In this document: positions 1-8,642 of the stretch, one piece after another
Numbering within the stretch: position 1 is the stretch's first letter
How the letters are laid out: each line of letters starts with the position of its first letter
Assembly (NCBI GenBank): GCA_036675475.1
Contig: JAKFEY010000020.1
Span: 6,274 to 70,273, forward strand
Reading direction: 5' to 3'
From: Vicinamibacterales bacterium
Lineage (GTDB): Bacteria; Acidobacteriota; Vicinamibacteria; Vicinamibacterales; SCN-69-37
Length of the DNA stretch: 64,000 nt
The notes under the pieces: generated by a model
Database searches by the model: none
Told to the model about the DNA's origin: nothing
Seen by the model: the letters and a program-made list of their open reading frames with translations, nothing else
Translations under genes and position numbers: made by a program

Positions 1-22
1 GGTGCCGCAACGATATCAGCTG

Positions 23-59
23 TTGACATGCCGCTGGCCAGAGTGTTACAGATCGTAAC
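23..59 (+). promoter_or_regulatory. Sigma70-like promoter with overlapping inverted repeat (putative BlaI operator)
   Basis: TTGACA at 23-28. GTTAC-N5-GTAAC inverted repeat at 45-59 lies over the -10 region, immediately before the GTG start at 60. Confidence 0.55.
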
Positions 60-434
60 GTGACAAGCCGTAACACACCGCTGACCGATCTGCAGCAGGC
101 GATTCTCGAGGTGCTCTGGAAGGCGGGTCCCTCGACGGCCGAACAGGTGCGCGCGGCGCTCGCTCCCGGGCGAAAGCTCAAGGACTCGACCATCCGCACG
201 CTGCTGCGCCGGCTGGAGCATCGTGACTACCTGACGCACACAGTCGACGGGAAGGTGTTCGTCTATCGCGCCTCGGTGCCCCCGCGCAGCCACGCCGCCC
301 GTTCCGTTCAGCAGATCATCGAGCGCTTCTGGGCGGGATCGGCCGAACAGTTCCTCGCCGGCATGGTGGATGCGAAGGTGCTGACGCCGGCACAGATTCG
401 CAGGCTTGCCGGCAAAATCAAGGACCGCAAATAG
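60..434 (+). CDS. BlaI/MecI/CopY family transcriptional repressor
   Basis: LTDLQQAILEVLW, TIRTLLRRL..R.YL, and VQQIIERFWAGS..QFLAGMV match the BlaI winged-helix pattern. It lies directly upstream of an M56 peptidase. Confidence 0.93.
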   Translation: MTSRNTPLTDLQQAILEVLWKAGPSTAEQVRAALAPGRKLKDSTIRTLLRRLEHRDYLTHTVDGKVFVYRASVPPRSHAARSVQQIIERFWAGSAEQFLAGMVDAKVLTPAQIRRLAGKIKDRK

Positions 435-444
435 GAGGCTGCCG

Positions 445-2838
445 ATGCTCGCGCTCGCCGCAGACATTTCGCTTCGCATGGCCGCTGCTGCTGCCGCGGT
501 GGGACTCGTGCTCGTCCTGTTGCGCGTGCGATCGGGGGCCGCGCGGCACGCGGCCTGGTCGGCGGTCCTCGTGGCGATGCTGACGATGCCGGTGTTGACG
601 GCGGTGGTGCCTGAGGTGCACGTGCCGGTGCCGCCGGCGCTGGCGTTGAACTTCACGGACAGGCTGGGCGACCTTGACGCGCACCAGATGTCCGAGTCGC
701 TCACCGTCACGCGCCTTGCCAGCGTGCCCGCGCCTCCCGCGTCCGGTGGCGCGGTGCCCGTCGCTGCCGCGGCGTCCATCGCGCCGGCTGTCGACTGGCG
801 CGCAGTGGGTGTTGCGGTGTACCTCGCCGGTCTCCTGTTCTTTCTCGTACGGATTGCCGGCGGATGGCTGTTGGCGCGCCGGCTGGTGGCGGGCGCCACG
901 CGAGTGCACTGCGGCACGCGCGCTGCCGTCTTCGAGTCTGGCGCGGTGTCGATGCCCTTGTCGACCGGCATCCTGGCGCCGTGCGTGGTGCTGCCGCCCG
1001 GATGGCGCGACTGGCCGGACGACAAGCGCGACGCTGTGCTCGCGCACGAGCAGGCGCACATCCGGCGGCGCGACATGCTCGTGGCGCTGCTGGCGCAGGT
1101 GAATCGCGCGATCTTCTGGTTTCACCCGCTCGCGTGGTGGCTGCAGCGCACGCTGGCGGTTGCGGCGGAACACGCCTGCGACGAAACCGCCGCGCGCATC
1201 GTCGGTCATCCGCGGCGCTATGCCCAGGTGCTCATCGATATGGCGGAGGCGGTGCAGCGGCGCGGCCATCGCGTCTCGTGGCAGATGATCGGCGTCGATG
1301 GATCGGCGCTGCTCGGCGCGCGGATCGATCGGCTGCTGAACGGTGATGCGACGGCGCGCATGTCGGGGACGCGGCGCGCGGGAGTGGCGGCGGGGTGCGC
1401 GGCCGCGCTCGTGCTTGCCGTCGCGTGCCGGCAGCAGATTGCCGCGGAGGCTCTGCGGCCGGATCCCGAGATCCAGAAGCAGATCGACAGCAATAATGCG
1501 CGGGCGGAGCGGCATCGCGCGGCCGTCGCGATGAGCGCGGCGGATGCGGCGGCCATGGAGAAGTCGCTCGAGGCCAATCCCGACGACATCGATGCGCGCG
1601 AGTCGCTCATCATTTTCTACGACCAGGCAGGGAAGGTGTCCTGGGAGGAGAAGCTTGCGGGCATGCGGCGGCATGCGCTGTGGCGCATCGCGCACCTTCC
1701 GGAAACCGATTTGTGGATTCCGAATCTGTCGAAGCGCTATGACCCCGGCGGCTACGCGCAGGCGAAGCAGCTGTGGATGCAGCACGCTGCCAGGCCCGAC
1801 GTGACGGCGAAGACGCTCGGCCGGGCGGCGGCCTTCCTGAGCGTCTCCGACAAGCACGAGGCCGAGCAACTGCTGCTGCGCGCGCGGGAGATGGAGCCGG
1901 ACGGCGTGTGGGCGGCCCGCCTGGGAGACTTGTATGGACGCGCCATTGCCGCCGCGGCCGACCCGCGCTCCGGCGACGATGACGCTGCCGCCGCGCAGGC
2001 AGACTTTGCCGTCCATGCTCAGCGGACGTTGGACGCCAGCAACGACGCCAACGTCCTGGTTCCCGCGGGTTATGTGCTCGTGAGGCGCGTGACGCGCACG
2101 CCGGGCGACATCGATCCGCAGTCGATCGGCCGCCGTTACCTCGAGCGCGCCCTCGCGTTGGATCCACAGAATGTGCGCGCGCGCAGCGCGGTTGCCGAAC
2201 AGGCTTACGGCCAGCGTTGGCGAGACATCGGCGCCCGGTTGCGGGCCGGCGGCGCGCGCGATGCCTTCAATGAATTCAGCGACACGACGTATGCGGCGAT
2301 TTCCGCGCTGCCCGAAGTCGATCGCCTTTTCTATCTTCCGGGCGCGGCATCAGGAGCGTACATGCGCGCCGAGAACATCGAGTACACCTCGCGACAGAAG
2401 CCCGAGGCCGAGCGTGGCGAGGCCGAGAAGCGCGCCGCGGCCGGCTTTGCGCGGGCGCGGCAGCTCGCGACCGATGCCGTGTCCCTGGCGAAGCGCCATC
2501 CACAAGACGCCAGCGAGCTTGCGACGTTATACAACGCGCACACGGTGCTCGGCGTGCTCGCGCTGAGAGATGGGGACGTTGAGACAGCCGTCGACCATAT
2601 GCGCGCGGCCGCGGACGCATCGGTATCGGGCGATGCGAAATACCGGCATCAGTTTGGCCTTCAGTGGCGTCTTGCGGAGTATCTGTTGCGCGCAGGCGAG
2701 CGCGACTCGGTCGCGGCATACCTCGAGAAGTCGGCAGAGCGGTTCCCGGTCGATCGCGATCGGCTCTTGAAGGACGCCGCGCAGATTCGCGCGGGTGTGA
2801 TGCCGCTCTCGTATCAGTACGCCGAAGCGAGACGTTAG
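445..2838 (+). CDS. BlaR1-like M56 family metallopeptidase with C-terminal helical (TPR-like) domain
   Basis: N-terminal TM helices, HEQAH zinc motif, WFHPLAWW and EHACD are typical of M56. Start moved to ATG 445 because of AGGAGG at 433-438. Confidence 0.88.
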   Translation: MLALAADISLRMAAAAAAVGLVLVLLRVRSGAARHAAWSAVLVAMLTMPVLTAVVPEVHVPVPPALALNFTDRLGDLDAHQMSESLTVTRLASVPAPPASGGAVPVAAAASIAPAVDWRAVGVAVYLAGLLFFLVRIAGGWLLARRLVAGATRVHCGTRAAVFESGAVSMPLSTGILAPCVVLPPGWRDWPDDKRDAVLAHEQAHIRRRDMLVALLAQVNRAIFWFHPLAWWLQRTLAVAAEHACDETAARIVGHPRRYAQVLIDMAEAVQRRGHRVSWQMIGVDGSALLGARIDRLLNGDATARMSGTRRAGVAAGCAAALVLAVACRQQIAAEALRPDPEIQKQIDSNNARAERHRAAVAMSAADAAAMEKSLEANPDDIDARESLIIFYDQAGKVSWEEKLAGMRRHALWRIAHLPETDLWIPNLSKRYDPGGYAQAKQLWMQHAARPDVTAKTLGRAAAFLSVSDKHEAEQLLLRAREMEPDGVWAARLGDLYGRAIAAAADPRSGDDDAAAAQADFAVHAQRTLDASNDANVLVPAGYVLVRRVTRTPGDIDPQSIGRRYLERALALDPQNVRARSAVAEQAYGQRWRDIGARLRAGGARDAFNEFSDTTYAAISALPEVDRLFYLPGAASGAYMRAENIEYTSRQKPEAERGEAEKRAAAGFARARQLATDAVSLAKRHPQDASELATLYNAHTVLGVLALRDGDVETAVDHMRAAADASVSGDAKYRHQFGLQWRLAEYLLRAGERDSVAAYLEKSAERFPVDRDRLLKDAAQIRAGVMPLSYQYAEARR

Positions 2839-2895
2839 GCAGCAGCACGGCGGCGGGCTATCCTTGCGCTAATCTAACGCTCGATGGAGGCCCGT

Positions 2896-4437
2896 ATGCG
2901 CTCGACCGCCCGCCTGATATTCGTCCTCGTTCCCTTGTTCTTCGCCGCCGCGCATGCGCAGCAGGCCGGGGACCCGATCCATCGCATCCGCGAAGACGAG
3001 ATCAAGGCCGACCTGTTCGCACTGGCGGGCGACGCCACGCGCGGCCGTGAGGGGGGCACGCTCGACGAGCTGGCCGCGTCGGCCTGGCTGGCCGAACGCG
3101 CGCGCGAGGCCGGCATGCTGCCGGCAGGTGACAACGGCACCTACTTCCAGTTCTTTCCGCTCGAGCGCTTGCGCGTGTCGGCGACGAGCTCCGTGACACT
3201 GGCCGGCAAGGCGCTGCGCATGGGCGAGGACGTCGTCACCGACGCCACCGTGCTCGCGCACGTGGACGCGCCCGCGGTGACGCTCACGCCCGACGCGCTC
3301 GCCGCCGGTCCCGAAGCGATCGCGAAGCTGGGTCTGAAGGATCGCGCCCTCATCGTCCGCTATGTGCCCGAGCCGCCTGCGGCCGGTGCCGCCGCGCCTG
3401 ACGCCGGTCCGCGCTCGCGCAATGCCCTTCGCAACTGGGCGCGCGGCATTCAGAAGGCGGTGGAGGCCCAACCACCCGCCGCCATCGTCGTGCTCGTGCC
3501 CGACAGCGCGAAGGCCGACTGGGAGCGCGTGGCGTTTCCGTTCACGCGCGGCAGCTACGCGCTCGATCCCGACGGTACGGCCCCGCCGCCCACCCCGCGC
3601 CGCGGCGCGCCGCTGTTGTACGTGCGCGAGTCGGCCCTCGGCGCAGCACCCGGCGCCGATGCGCGCCTGGTCGCGTCGATCTCCGCCGATTCGTTCACCT
3701 ATCCCTCGGTCAACGTCATCGCGCGCGTGCCGGGCCGCGACCCGGCGCTGCGCGACGAGCATGTGCTGTTCAGCGCGCATCAGGATCACGACGGTGTGCG
3801 CTTCACGGTGAATGGCGACAACATCTGGAACGGCGCCGACGACAACGCGACCACCGCGGTGGCGTTGCTGGCCATCGGTCGCGCGCTGGCGGCGTCGCCG
3901 GCGCGCCGTTCGGCGCTCTTCATCTGGCACGGCGCGGAGGAGCGCGGTCTGATGGGATCGCGCTGGTATGTGAAGCATCCGACGATGCCGCTGACGTCGA
4001 TCGTGGCGGTGCTCAACGGCGACATGATGGGCCGCAACGATCCGGGCACGGCCGCGCTCCTCGGCGCGCTGCCGCCGCACCGCAATTCGCCGGAGCTGGT
4101 CGACATGGCGCACGCGGCGAACGCCGCGGTCACGAAGTTCACGATCGATTCATCGTGGGACGACCCGAATCATCGCGAAGGCTGGTACTACCGCAGCGAT
4201 CACCTGCCGTACGCGCGGTCGGGCGTGCCGGCGCTGTTCTTCACGACGCTGCTGCACGCCGACTATCACACGCCGTTCGACAACCCCGACCGCATCGACA
4301 TCGCGAAGCTGACGCGAATGACGAAGTGGATGTATGCCACCGGAAGGCTGGCCGCCGAGGCCGAGAAGCGGCCCGCGCTGGATCCGGCCTTCAAGCTGGA
4401 GCGCTGCCGCGATTTCACGGGAAATTACTGCGGCTAG
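2896..4437 (+). CDS. M28 family metallopeptidase (secreted aminopeptidase-like)
   Basis: Signal peptide; motifs SAHQDH, GADDNAT, AEERGLMGS, NGDM, RSDH, DYHTPFD. Start at ATG 2896 after GGAGG. Confidence 0.9.
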   Translation: MRSTARLIFVLVPLFFAAAHAQQAGDPIHRIREDEIKADLFALAGDATRGREGGTLDELAASAWLAERAREAGMLPAGDNGTYFQFFPLERLRVSATSSVTLAGKALRMGEDVVTDATVLAHVDAPAVTLTPDALAAGPEAIAKLGLKDRALIVRYVPEPPAAGAAAPDAGPRSRNALRNWARGIQKAVEAQPPAAIVVLVPDSAKADWERVAFPFTRGSYALDPDGTAPPPTPRRGAPLLYVRESALGAAPGADARLVASISADSFTYPSVNVIARVPGRDPALRDEHVLFSAHQDHDGVRFTVNGDNIWNGADDNATTAVALLAIGRALAASPARRSALFIWHGAEERGLMGSRWYVKHPTMPLTSIVAVLNGDMMGRNDPGTAALLGALPPHRNSPELVDMAHAANAAVTKFTIDSSWDDPNHREGWYYRSDHLPYARSGVPALFFTTLLHADYHTPFDNPDRIDIAKLTRMTKWMYATGRLAAEAEKRPALDPAFKLERCRDFTGNYCG

Positions 4438-4486
4438 CAGCCGTCGCGCTGCGGCGCGGGCGTGTTCATGATTGAATGAGCGGCAT

Positions 4487-4876
4487 ATGTCGATCAGATA
4501 CGTGACCGAAGCCGCCACGGGCAAGGCCGTCGGTCCTTACGCGCATGCCACCGTTGCTCAGGGATTTGTCTTCGTGTCGGGCCAGGCTGGCGTCGCGCCG
4601 GATGGAACCCTCGCACACGATCTGGAAGGGCAGACGCGGCAGACGCTCGCCAACGTGGCCGCAGTGCTCACCGCCGCGGGCTCGAGCCTGGCGCAGGTCG
4701 TGCGCACGAACGTCTACCTGAGCGACATCCGCAACTTCGAGCGGATGAACGCGGTCTACCGCGAGGTGTTCGGGGCGACCGTGCCGGCGCGGACGACGGT
4801 GGAAGTGGCGGCGTTGCCGCTGCCGGGCCTGCTCGTGGAGATCGACGTCATCGCGGTCGCGGGCATTCCGGCATAG
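4487..4876 (+). CDS. ridA: RidA/YjgF/YER057c/UK114 family enamine deaminase
   Basis: GPYAHA, VFVSGQ, MNAVY..F, PART.VEV..LP and VEIDVIA motifs. Confidence 0.9.
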   Translation: MSIRYVTEAATGKAVGPYAHATVAQGFVFVSGQAGVAPDGTLAHDLEGQTRQTLANVAAVLTAAGSSLAQVVRTNVYLSDIRNFERMNAVYREVFGATVPARTTVEVAALPLPGLLVEIDVIAVAGIPA

Positions 4877-4889
4877 TGCGTGTTGCCAT

Positions 4890-6269
4890 TTACCAGACAG
4901 TCCGCCAGGCCGCAAATTCTCCCGGCCTGATGGCGTAGCGGGCGAAATTGCCTTCGTGAAGGCCCAGGAGTTCGTCCTCGGCGACCTCTTGAAATTTTCC
5001 GCGGTCGTCCGGTTCCACATTTGCCGCCGCCCACACCGCCGCGTGGTCCGCAGCCGTTTTCCTGTCCATGCCGCCGCGCACGACGTCTCCGACGACAGTC
5101 CGCAGGGCGTCGCGGTATTGCAGCCGGAACGGATCGGGCTCGCCGAGTGACTGCCGTATGGCGGCATAGCGCGCCGCCGATCGCTCGTATGACCAGATGA
5201 ACACATCGCGCAGCAGATCGATCTGATTCAGCTCGTACACGCCAAGGATTGCCTGCGTGTACAGATCGCGCGGCAAGTCGGTGAAGGAGAGCGGCGACAG
5301 GTTCGCTTTGATGAGCGGAATATTCGCGGCCAGCCGCGACACGCGCTTGTTCACATCATCGAACGGCTGCAAGTAAGGCAGCTGTACCATTACAAAAAGG
5401 GACTGCTCGAAGGGATCCGGAATGGCCGTCGCCGTGGTAAGTACCTGGTCGAAGCACTCTTCGATGAGTTGCGGCGTCCCGGGCGGATGGTAGGGTGAGC
5501 CGTCAATGCCGACCGCGATGTGACGCAGTCTTCCCGCAGCCCTTTCATCAGCAAGCAGGTTGTTCGCAAGGATGCCATGCAGGTTCAGAACCGTGTGGCG
5601 GTTGAAGGCAATGTCTCCCGCGTTCTCAACGAGAAACTCAACGGCATCCTTGTGATTCAGGATCATCTGTGCTTCGAGTCGGTCACGCCCCTCGGCCTCT
5701 TTGCCGAACTCGATGAGCCGCTTGGTGTCGAGCAACGAGTAGGTGTTGCCTTCAAGGCGGCTCGAGTTCCACGACAGGTCGACCAACAACCTGCTGAAAA
5801 TCTGACGTGCGTATGTTCCCGCGGGGTCCTGCGGGCGCACGTGGCGCGCTCCTATCTCCGCGAGTCGCGCGCGCGCGCGCGCGGGCAGGTAGAACGTCTC
5901 GCCCGGTCGGTACGCGTCCAGGAAGTTGCGGTTGTAGCCGACCGGCGCGCGCGCGGCCACCGGCTGGCGTATGTGCGCGCGGATCCGTTTACCTTCACGT
6001 GACAGGGCAACGGCAGGTTCAGCCGGCGGCTCCGGATCGAGGATCGCCCGAACGGCCGTCGGATCGGGAGTGCGATATCGCGCCGCCCGGTCTCCGCCTT
6101 CGCGGATGAGGCGGCCATCGTCTACCAGGCGCTTCAGCCGGTACTGCAGCGTGCGCCGTGGGATTCTCTCGGCCAAAGCATCTTGGACCTCGGCTGAGGT
6201 AATCCCGGCACGGTCGCGCACGATCCTCTCGATTTCATCGAGTTCTCCTGCGAGAAGCGGCCGGGCCAT
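4890..6269 (-). CDS. Fic/DOC family protein with N-terminal HTH and non-canonical active-site loop
   Basis: SSRLEGN inhibitory-helix motif, QPFDDVNKRVSR Fic loop, and N-terminal RRTLQYRL HTH. Start at ATG 6269 after GGGAG. Confidence 0.87.
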   Translation of the reverse strand: MARPLLAGELDEIERIVRDRAGITSAEVQDALAERIPRRTLQYRLKRLVDDGRLIREGGDRAARYRTPDPTAVRAILDPEPPAEPAVALSREGKRIRAHIRQPVAARAPVGYNRNFLDAYRPGETFYLPARARARLAEIGARHVRPQDPAGTYARQIFSRLLVDLSWNSSRLEGNTYSLLDTKRLIEFGKEAEGRDRLEAQMILNHKDAVEFLVENAGDIAFNRHTVLNLHGILANNLLADERAAGRLRHIAVGIDGSPYHPPGTPQLIEECFDQVLTTATAIPDPFEQSLFVMVQLPYLQPFDDVNKRVSRLAANIPLIKANLSPLSFTDLPRDLYTQAILGVYELNQIDLLRDVFIWSYERSAARYAAIRQSLGEPDPFRLQYRDALRTVVGDVVRGGMDRKTAADHAAVWAAANVEPDDRGKFQEVAEDELLGLHEGNFARYAIRPGEFAAWRTVW

Positions 6270-6285
6270 CTGGATCTCCCTAAAG

Positions 6286-6367
6286 TTGCGCCAAACAAAT
6301 ACGCGCAATTTATAACAGGATTAGGCGCAATAAACAAGCGTTTGACGCAATTAACTATTGCGCCTAA
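6286..6367. promoter_or_regulatory. AT-rich operator-like region upstream of the Fic gene
   Basis: Perfect 12-bp inverted repeat TTAGGCGCAATA (6321-6332) / TATTGCGCCTAA (6356-6367), plus repeated GCGCAAT half-sites. Confidence 0.5.
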
Positions 6368-6428
6368 GTTCGTCCAGTGACAGCCAACAACCTGGAGGGA
6401 AGACGATGGCGTCCGGAGTCAGGTGCCG

Positions 6429-7343
6429 CTAAAGTCCGCCGGGACTGCGGACCGCGAACGTATCGCACTGGCGCGCGTCGCCGCTGTCGAAGCCGCGGCG
6501 GAACCAGCGTTTCCGCTGCTCGCTCGAGCCGTGCGTGAACGCGCGCTCGTCGGCCTGGCCGAGCGTGTCGTCGCCGATCGCGTGCGCGGCGTTGAGCGCT
6601 TCGCCGAGATCCTCGTCCGTAATCTCGAGCGCCGTGCGCGCCGAGCGGCCCCACACGCCGGCAAGGCAGTCGGCCTGCAGTTCCACGCGCACGGACGTCT
6701 GGTTCGACGATTCGCCGCCCACCTGAATCCTCGTGGATCCGATCAGGTTCTGCACGTGGTGTCCCACTTCGTGCGCGATGACATACGCCTGCGCGAAATC
6801 ACCGGGCGCGCGCAGCCGCTGCTCCATGACCTGGTAGAAGCCCGGATCGATGTAGAGCCGCTGATCCGCGGGGCAATAGAAGGGGCCGACCGCCGAGGTC
6901 GCGCTGCCGCAGCCCTCCGTCGAGACGGCGTTGGTAAACACGACGAGCGTCGGATGCCGGTACTCGCCGGGCGCGCTGCCGTACGACGGCAGGTCGCCGC
7001 GCGCGAACAGCGGCGTCCACACATCTTCCGTGGAAGCGAGGACGACGCGGGAGAAATCGCAGGCTGCGGCGTTCGACTGCGACGCCTCGCAGACCCTGCC
7101 GTCGCCCGGGCCGCCCGGCGCTGCGCCGCCGCCGGCCAGTCCACCGAGCACCTGCTCCTTGAGCGAGCCGGGCATGAACAGGAACACCCCGACGAGCACG
7201 GCTGCCGCGATGAGCGTGCCCTTCACGCCGAGGAGCCGCACGAGCCCGGCCACGGCCTGGATGGGAATGCCACCGCCGGCAGCGGAGCGCCCGCGGCCGC
7301 GATCTTCGAAGTTGTCGGATTTGCGTTGACCTTGCGTGCGCAT
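6429..7343 (-). CDS. Neutral zinc metallopeptidase, YpfJ-like
   Basis: N-terminal SDNFEDRG and TM segment; GPFYCPAD..LYID, YVIAHEVGHHVQ, ELQADC and FTHGSSEQR. Confidence 0.9.
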   Translation of the reverse strand: MRTQGQRKSDNFEDRGRGRSAAGGGIPIQAVAGLVRLLGVKGTLIAAAVLVGVFLFMPGSLKEQVLGGLAGGGAAPGGPGDGRVCEASQSNAAACDFSRVVLASTEDVWTPLFARGDLPSYGSAPGEYRHPTLVVFTNAVSTEGCGSATSAVGPFYCPADQRLYIDPGFYQVMEQRLRAPGDFAQAYVIAHEVGHHVQNLIGSTRIQVGGESSNQTSVRVELQADCLAGVWGRSARTALEITDEDLGEALNAAHAIGDDTLGQADERAFTHGSSEQRKRWFRRGFDSGDARQCDTFAVRSPGGL

Positions 7344-7394
7344 GGTCTGAGTCTACCCGCGATCCTGCCTGTGGCCCGGGATGAAGGATGGAAG

Positions 7395-7470
7395 TGGTGA
7401 GCCGCGAAGGAATCGAACCTTCAACCCGCAGATTAAGAGTCTGCTGCTCTGCCAATTGAGCTAGCGGCCC
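7395..7470 (-). tRNA. tRNA-Lys(CTT)
   Basis: Cloverleaf GGGCCGCTAGCTCAATTGGCAGAGC...CTCTTAA...GGTTCGATTCC...CACCA with encoded CCA. Confidence 0.96.
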
Positions 7471-7522
7471 ACACGGAGGTGGAAACGAACCTCAATTCTA
7501 GCGTACGGCTATACTCCGAGTC

Positions 7523-8335
7523 ATGCGCAAGCTCAAAGTTTTTGCCGTGCTCGCCGTCGCCATTCTCTCAACCGGGTGCCTCAAGGTTCAGCACACCCTC
7601 AATCTGAAGCCTGACGGCAGCGGCACGGTCGCGTCCGTCATTGCAATCTCCGACAACTTCATGAAGCAGGCCGGCGCCATGATGTCGGCGCAGGGCGGCG
7701 GGTCGCTGCTGCCCACCGACGCGGCGCTGCGCCAGGGCGCGGCCGCGCTGGGGCCGGGCGTGCGCTTCGTGAGCTCGACACCCTACAAGGCGGGCGGCTT
7801 TCAGGGCGTCAACGCGGTCTATGCGTTCGATGATGTGAGCAAGCTGACGTGGAATATGGAGAAGGCCATGACCGGCGCGGTGCAGCTGCCCGGCACCGAT
7901 CCGGCCGACACGCCCGATCCGGACGCCGACATCAAGCTCGCCTTCGCGCGCGCCGGCGGCAGCAGCGTGCTGACCATCACCATGCCGAAAGTGCCGGAGC
8001 CCGACGCCTCGCAGCAGGCGCAGGCGGAGAAGACCGCGAAGCAGGCCGAAAGCAATCCGCAGCTCGAAGCGATGATGAAGCAGATGCTCGCGGGGCTGCT
8101 GATGGAAGTGGTCATCAACGTGGACGGCACGCTCGTGAAGACCGACGCGCCCTACGTCGAAGGCAAGCGCATCGTGCTGCTGCGGATGGACGGCGACGCG
8201 CTGCTCAAGAGCGGCGCCGGCGCCGCCAGCCTGATGCAGATGCAGCAGCAGTCGGGGAACTTCGAGGCCATGCTGGCGAAAGTGCCTGGCCTGAAGCTGG
8301 TGACGAAACCGCAGGTGCGAGTGGAGTTCCGGTAG
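7523..8335 (+). CDS. Putative lipoprotein of unknown function
   Basis: Lipobox LSTGC; host-like codon usage; TATACT 7 nt upstream of the ATG. Confidence 0.75.
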   Translation: MRKLKVFAVLAVAILSTGCLKVQHTLNLKPDGSGTVASVIAISDNFMKQAGAMMSAQGGGSLLPTDAALRQGAAALGPGVRFVSSTPYKAGGFQGVNAVYAFDDVSKLTWNMEKAMTGAVQLPGTDPADTPDPDADIKLAFARAGGSSVLTITMPKVPEPDASQQAQAEKTAKQAESNPQLEAMMKQMLAGLLMEVVINVDGTLVKTDAPYVEGKRIVLLRMDGDALLKSGAGAASLMQMQQQSGNFEAMLAKVPGLKLVTKPQVRVEFR

Positions 8336-8342
8336 GGGAGAG

Positions 8343-8420
8343 TGGTGCGCCCGACAAGGTTCGAACTTGTGACCTTCGGCTTCGGAGACCGACGCTCTAA
8401 TCCAGCTGAGCTACGGGCGC
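8343..8420 (-). tRNA. tRNA-Arg(CCG)
   Basis: GCGCCCGTAGCTCAGCTGGATTAGAGC; anticodon arm TCGGT-CTCCGAA-GCCGA; T-arm; encoded CCA. Confidence 0.95.
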
Positions 8421-8430
8421 GGGCTGTCGC

Positions 8431-8496
8431 CAATGGAAATGGGAAACTGGAAACTGGAAAATGCAATTTCCACTTTCCACTATTCTATTTCCATTG
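8431..8496. repeat. Heptamer-built imperfect palindrome between two tRNA-Arg genes
   Basis: CAATGGAAAT...ATTTCCATTG ends enclosing GGAAACT repeats and TTTCCAC repeats. Confidence 0.8.
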
Positions 8497-8505
8497 ATCT
8501 TGCTT

Positions 8506-8579
8506 TGCGTCCGGAGGGATTCGAACCCCCGACCACCGGCTTCGAAGGCCGACGCTCTATCCAGCTGAGCTACGGACGC
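8506..8579 (-). tRNA. tRNA-Arg(TCG), CCA not encoded
   Basis: GCGTCCGTAGCTCAGCTGGATAGAGC; anticodon arm TCGGC-CTTCGAA-GCCGG; GGTTCGAATCC T-loop. Confidence 0.93.
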
Positions 8580-8612
8580 GCAAACACTAAAGATAACACG
8601 GCGAAACGGGGA

Positions 8613-8636
8613 GCCGGGGCTGAAGCCCCGGCCTAC
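8613..8636 (-). repeat. GTAG-type REP-like palindrome
   Basis: Minus strand reads GTAG-GCCGGGGC-TTCA-GCCCCGGC, just after the cytochrome c stop. Confidence 0.7.
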
Positions 8637-8642
8637 CGTCCG

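Noticed and set aside
6406-6432. 8-codon ORF MASGVRCR with upstream GGAGGGA
   Set aside because: Too short to support, overlaps a convergent stop codon, and may be chance.
4877-7470. Genomic island integrated at tRNA-Lys carrying the Fic gene
   Set aside because: No duplicated tRNA 3' end (att site) or integrase found, and the intervening ypfJ-like gene looks native.
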